From the human T2T-CHM13v2.0 reference genome, Homo sapiens, in assembly GCF_009914755.1 (NCBI RefSeq), contig NC_060937.1: 64,000 bases of DNA; one strand, written 5' to 3'. The position numbers and the translations under genes were made by a program. Below the pieces are notes generated by a model that was given only the letters and a program-made list of their open reading frames with translations, searched no databases and was not told the origin of the DNA. How positions within the stretch are numbered: position 1 is the first letter of the stretch; the number at the start of each line of letters is the position of its first letter. Shown one piece after another: positions 61,755 to 64,000 of the stretch.

Positions 61755-63072
61755 CTCATGGAGTAAAAAGGTACAGAGCCATATAAACACCACATGATTT
61801 TCTCTTTTTTTGACACTAGTAGCAAAAACAATTTTTGCACCAAAAGTAGTTTTTCCATAAAAATAAAATATCAACTATACACATATGTAATGGGTGAGGG
61901 TATGCAAATCCTACCACGTAAGTCCAGTAAGTAAATTCCAACAATTAACAAAGACTCATTTTTCAATGGCCAATTAATTAAACAATTAAATGACTATATA
62001 AAAATTAAACCTATCTACATATTAGAAATATATTTTAATTCACCCATGCCTCCACTGTACTATAAAATGAATAGAGAAAATTTTTATTTACTGGCTTAAG
62101 AAATCAATACTACATATTCAACTGATGTACTACTGCTTAATGAGCAATTACAGAATTCACAATCTTGATGTTTCCTTGCAAAAGAAGTGGTAATACATAG
62201 CACAAAGAACCTCTTTAAAAATTAGTCACTGATCAAACACAATCTTTTTATAGCTTCTGTAACATCTAATTAATTTTGTAAATTTTCTTGAGCATTACAC
62301 TATAATTAACTTGCATCAGGTTTTCCCTGTAACTTACATTTTTTATGATTTATTTCCAGTAGAAGTCTGAACATGCCTGTGAAAACCATCCGTCATGTCC
62401 TTCCTTTCACCCATCATGCTAGTCTTTCCTGTCCATGAGACACAGGCAAGTAGCTGTGGGCCTAAAGAAGGGCTGCATCCAATGAGCTGGTGGGTTTGGG
62501 GTTGGGTCTGGGCACCAACCTCACATGTTGACAGAGGTCTGGACGGTGAGGGACAAGTCCATGTTCCATTAGCTCCATTCCTTTCTGCCCAGGGCTCCAC
62601 TGCTCCTTGTCTGCTGCTATCTCCTCCATGTTGCAAATAGGATTCTCGCCTCCCCTGGGCCACTCTGGTAGGCTCTCGAACTCAGGAACTCTGAGTCCCT
62701 TAAAAAACTGCTTACTAAGAACTAAAGGTGATGAATACACTAACAGGAAGAAGCAACCTTCTATGACTTGCCCCTCTTTATATAACTCCATCAAAAAAGG
62801 ATGCAAAGTTACCTACAAATGCTACAACGAGAAGAACTGGAAACCCTGTTAAAAAACACTGTATGGCCATGCAGGGTCCTGAGAGAAAATTCCACAAATG
62901 TCCATCTGTCTCCTTGTTTTAAGATTCAATTGTGTGCATGGGTTTGTTTGTGTACGTGTGTTGAGAGAAGTGTGTATAGATGGATGGATAGATTTGTTTA
63001 CATGCCTGTGCATGTGTATATACTTCTATGCACACTTACGCATACATGTGTCTTTATTTATTTATAACTCAC

Positions 63073-63126
63073 TTTTCGTAGATACGTGCCTCCTTGGTTC
63101 CTCCTGTCAGTTCACTTGTGTGGGGA
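63073..63126 (-). pseudogene. TPTE2P exon, 54-nt N-terminal repeat exon
   Basis: ctctag|T CCC CAC ACA AGT GAA...GAA AA|gtgagt gives (S)PHTSELTGGTKEARIYE, resembling TPTE SPHTSEFKG repeat exons; phase 2-2. Confidence 0.85.
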
Positions 63127-64000
63127 CTAGAGGATGATAAAAGAATACAGTCAGACAGGTGACATAATTCGAAATTTACTTTTCGGGAAAAACTAGCTTT
63201 CATTACTCTAAACATAAACTGGTTAATTTCTGACTATTCATGTGTACAGCACTATGTGGACCTGAAATATCATTTTTTATCAGAAATCAGGATTTATATG
63301 ATGGCTACCACCATCTTAGGATGGAGAAAATAGTAATGCTTCCAGATTTAAGTAAACCTTTTCATTACAACCTCATCCCAATGTGTGACAGCCTTTGTGG
63401 TGGCAGTTATTTCAAACTCAACTCCAATTTTTAGGTAGTCAGCCCTCTTAATCCATTGAATGTCCTGCTTCAAAAATCCTCCATTACCTTGTTACTTTCA
63501 CCCAGCATGGGCGTCTCCCCCAGCCCCAAAAAATGCATCAAGTAACTAAAGGTTTTTCACAGGCGCACAACCTGATATGGTGGTGATATAAGGTCCGGAG
63601 CACCAGCCTCCATGGTGGCAGAGTTCTGGAGGCTGGAGAACACCTCCAAGTCTCTTAGCTCTGTTCCTTTCTGCTGAGGACTTCACAGTTACCCGAGTAC
63701 TCCTACCTCTTCCTTGCTCCAAATAGGATTTTCTCTTCCCTCGGCCCACTCTAGTATGTCTCATACACAGAAAATGAGTTTTCAAGGCATTTGGCTGCTA
63801 CTAACAAATGGTGAAAAGACAGTAACAGCCGGATACTCTGTTCCTCTTTTATCCAAAACAATTGTAAAAATGTGGATGTTTAACTATAGGTGCTACAGTG
63901 AGAAGATGAACTGTGTCCAAGACACTCTGTATTGCCATGGACACTCCTGAGAGCAAATCCCACTAATCTGAATATCTTTCTCTGTCACTGTTTTGTTTGT

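Larger units (their letters stand above)
61280..64000. repeat. Three diverged tandem copies of a ~1.1-1.3 kb exon-plus-intron unit
   Basis: Shared blocks (tagct.tgttc.tttctg, ctcc..aaataggat, gacactctgtatt, aatctgaat) near 61290, 62570 and 63655. Confidence 0.75.

Noticed and set aside
62343-62852. Overlapping 81-114 aa ORFs
   Set aside because: No recognisable domain; they lie in the intronic part of the duplicated unit, and the frames are not kept between copies.

Overview
Primate, most likely human, repeat-dense DNA. The window holds the central part of an unprocessed TPTE/TPTE2 (voltage-sensing phosphatase) pseudogene on the minus strand. I read ten GT-AG exons plus one degenerate repeat exon directly from the sequence, spanning 63126 to 8566. 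They cover an N-terminal repeat exon, the complete S1-S4 voltage-sensor domain (VSD), and the PTEN-like phosphatase up to the HCKGGK(G) P-loop. The frame is open through the whole VSD, then hits a CGA>TGA stop in the KRR linker (35522-35524) and a +1 frameshift (~13389). The introns hold about 18 Alus, many L1s (including a full-length pre-Ta-type L1Hs), a split Tigger1, MLT1 LTRs, MER20, MER5A and a truncated U2 copy. Main hypotheses: (1) a latent Hv1-like VSD-only product carrying Arg instead of the TPTE/TPTE2 S4 His; (2) an intronic L1 antisense promoter whose two ORF0 splice donors are each in frame with a catalytic exon; (3) a tandem exon-intron unit that generated the N-terminal repeat exons. 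Repeat subfamily names and the exact paralogue identity rest on recalled consensus sequences and need alignment.
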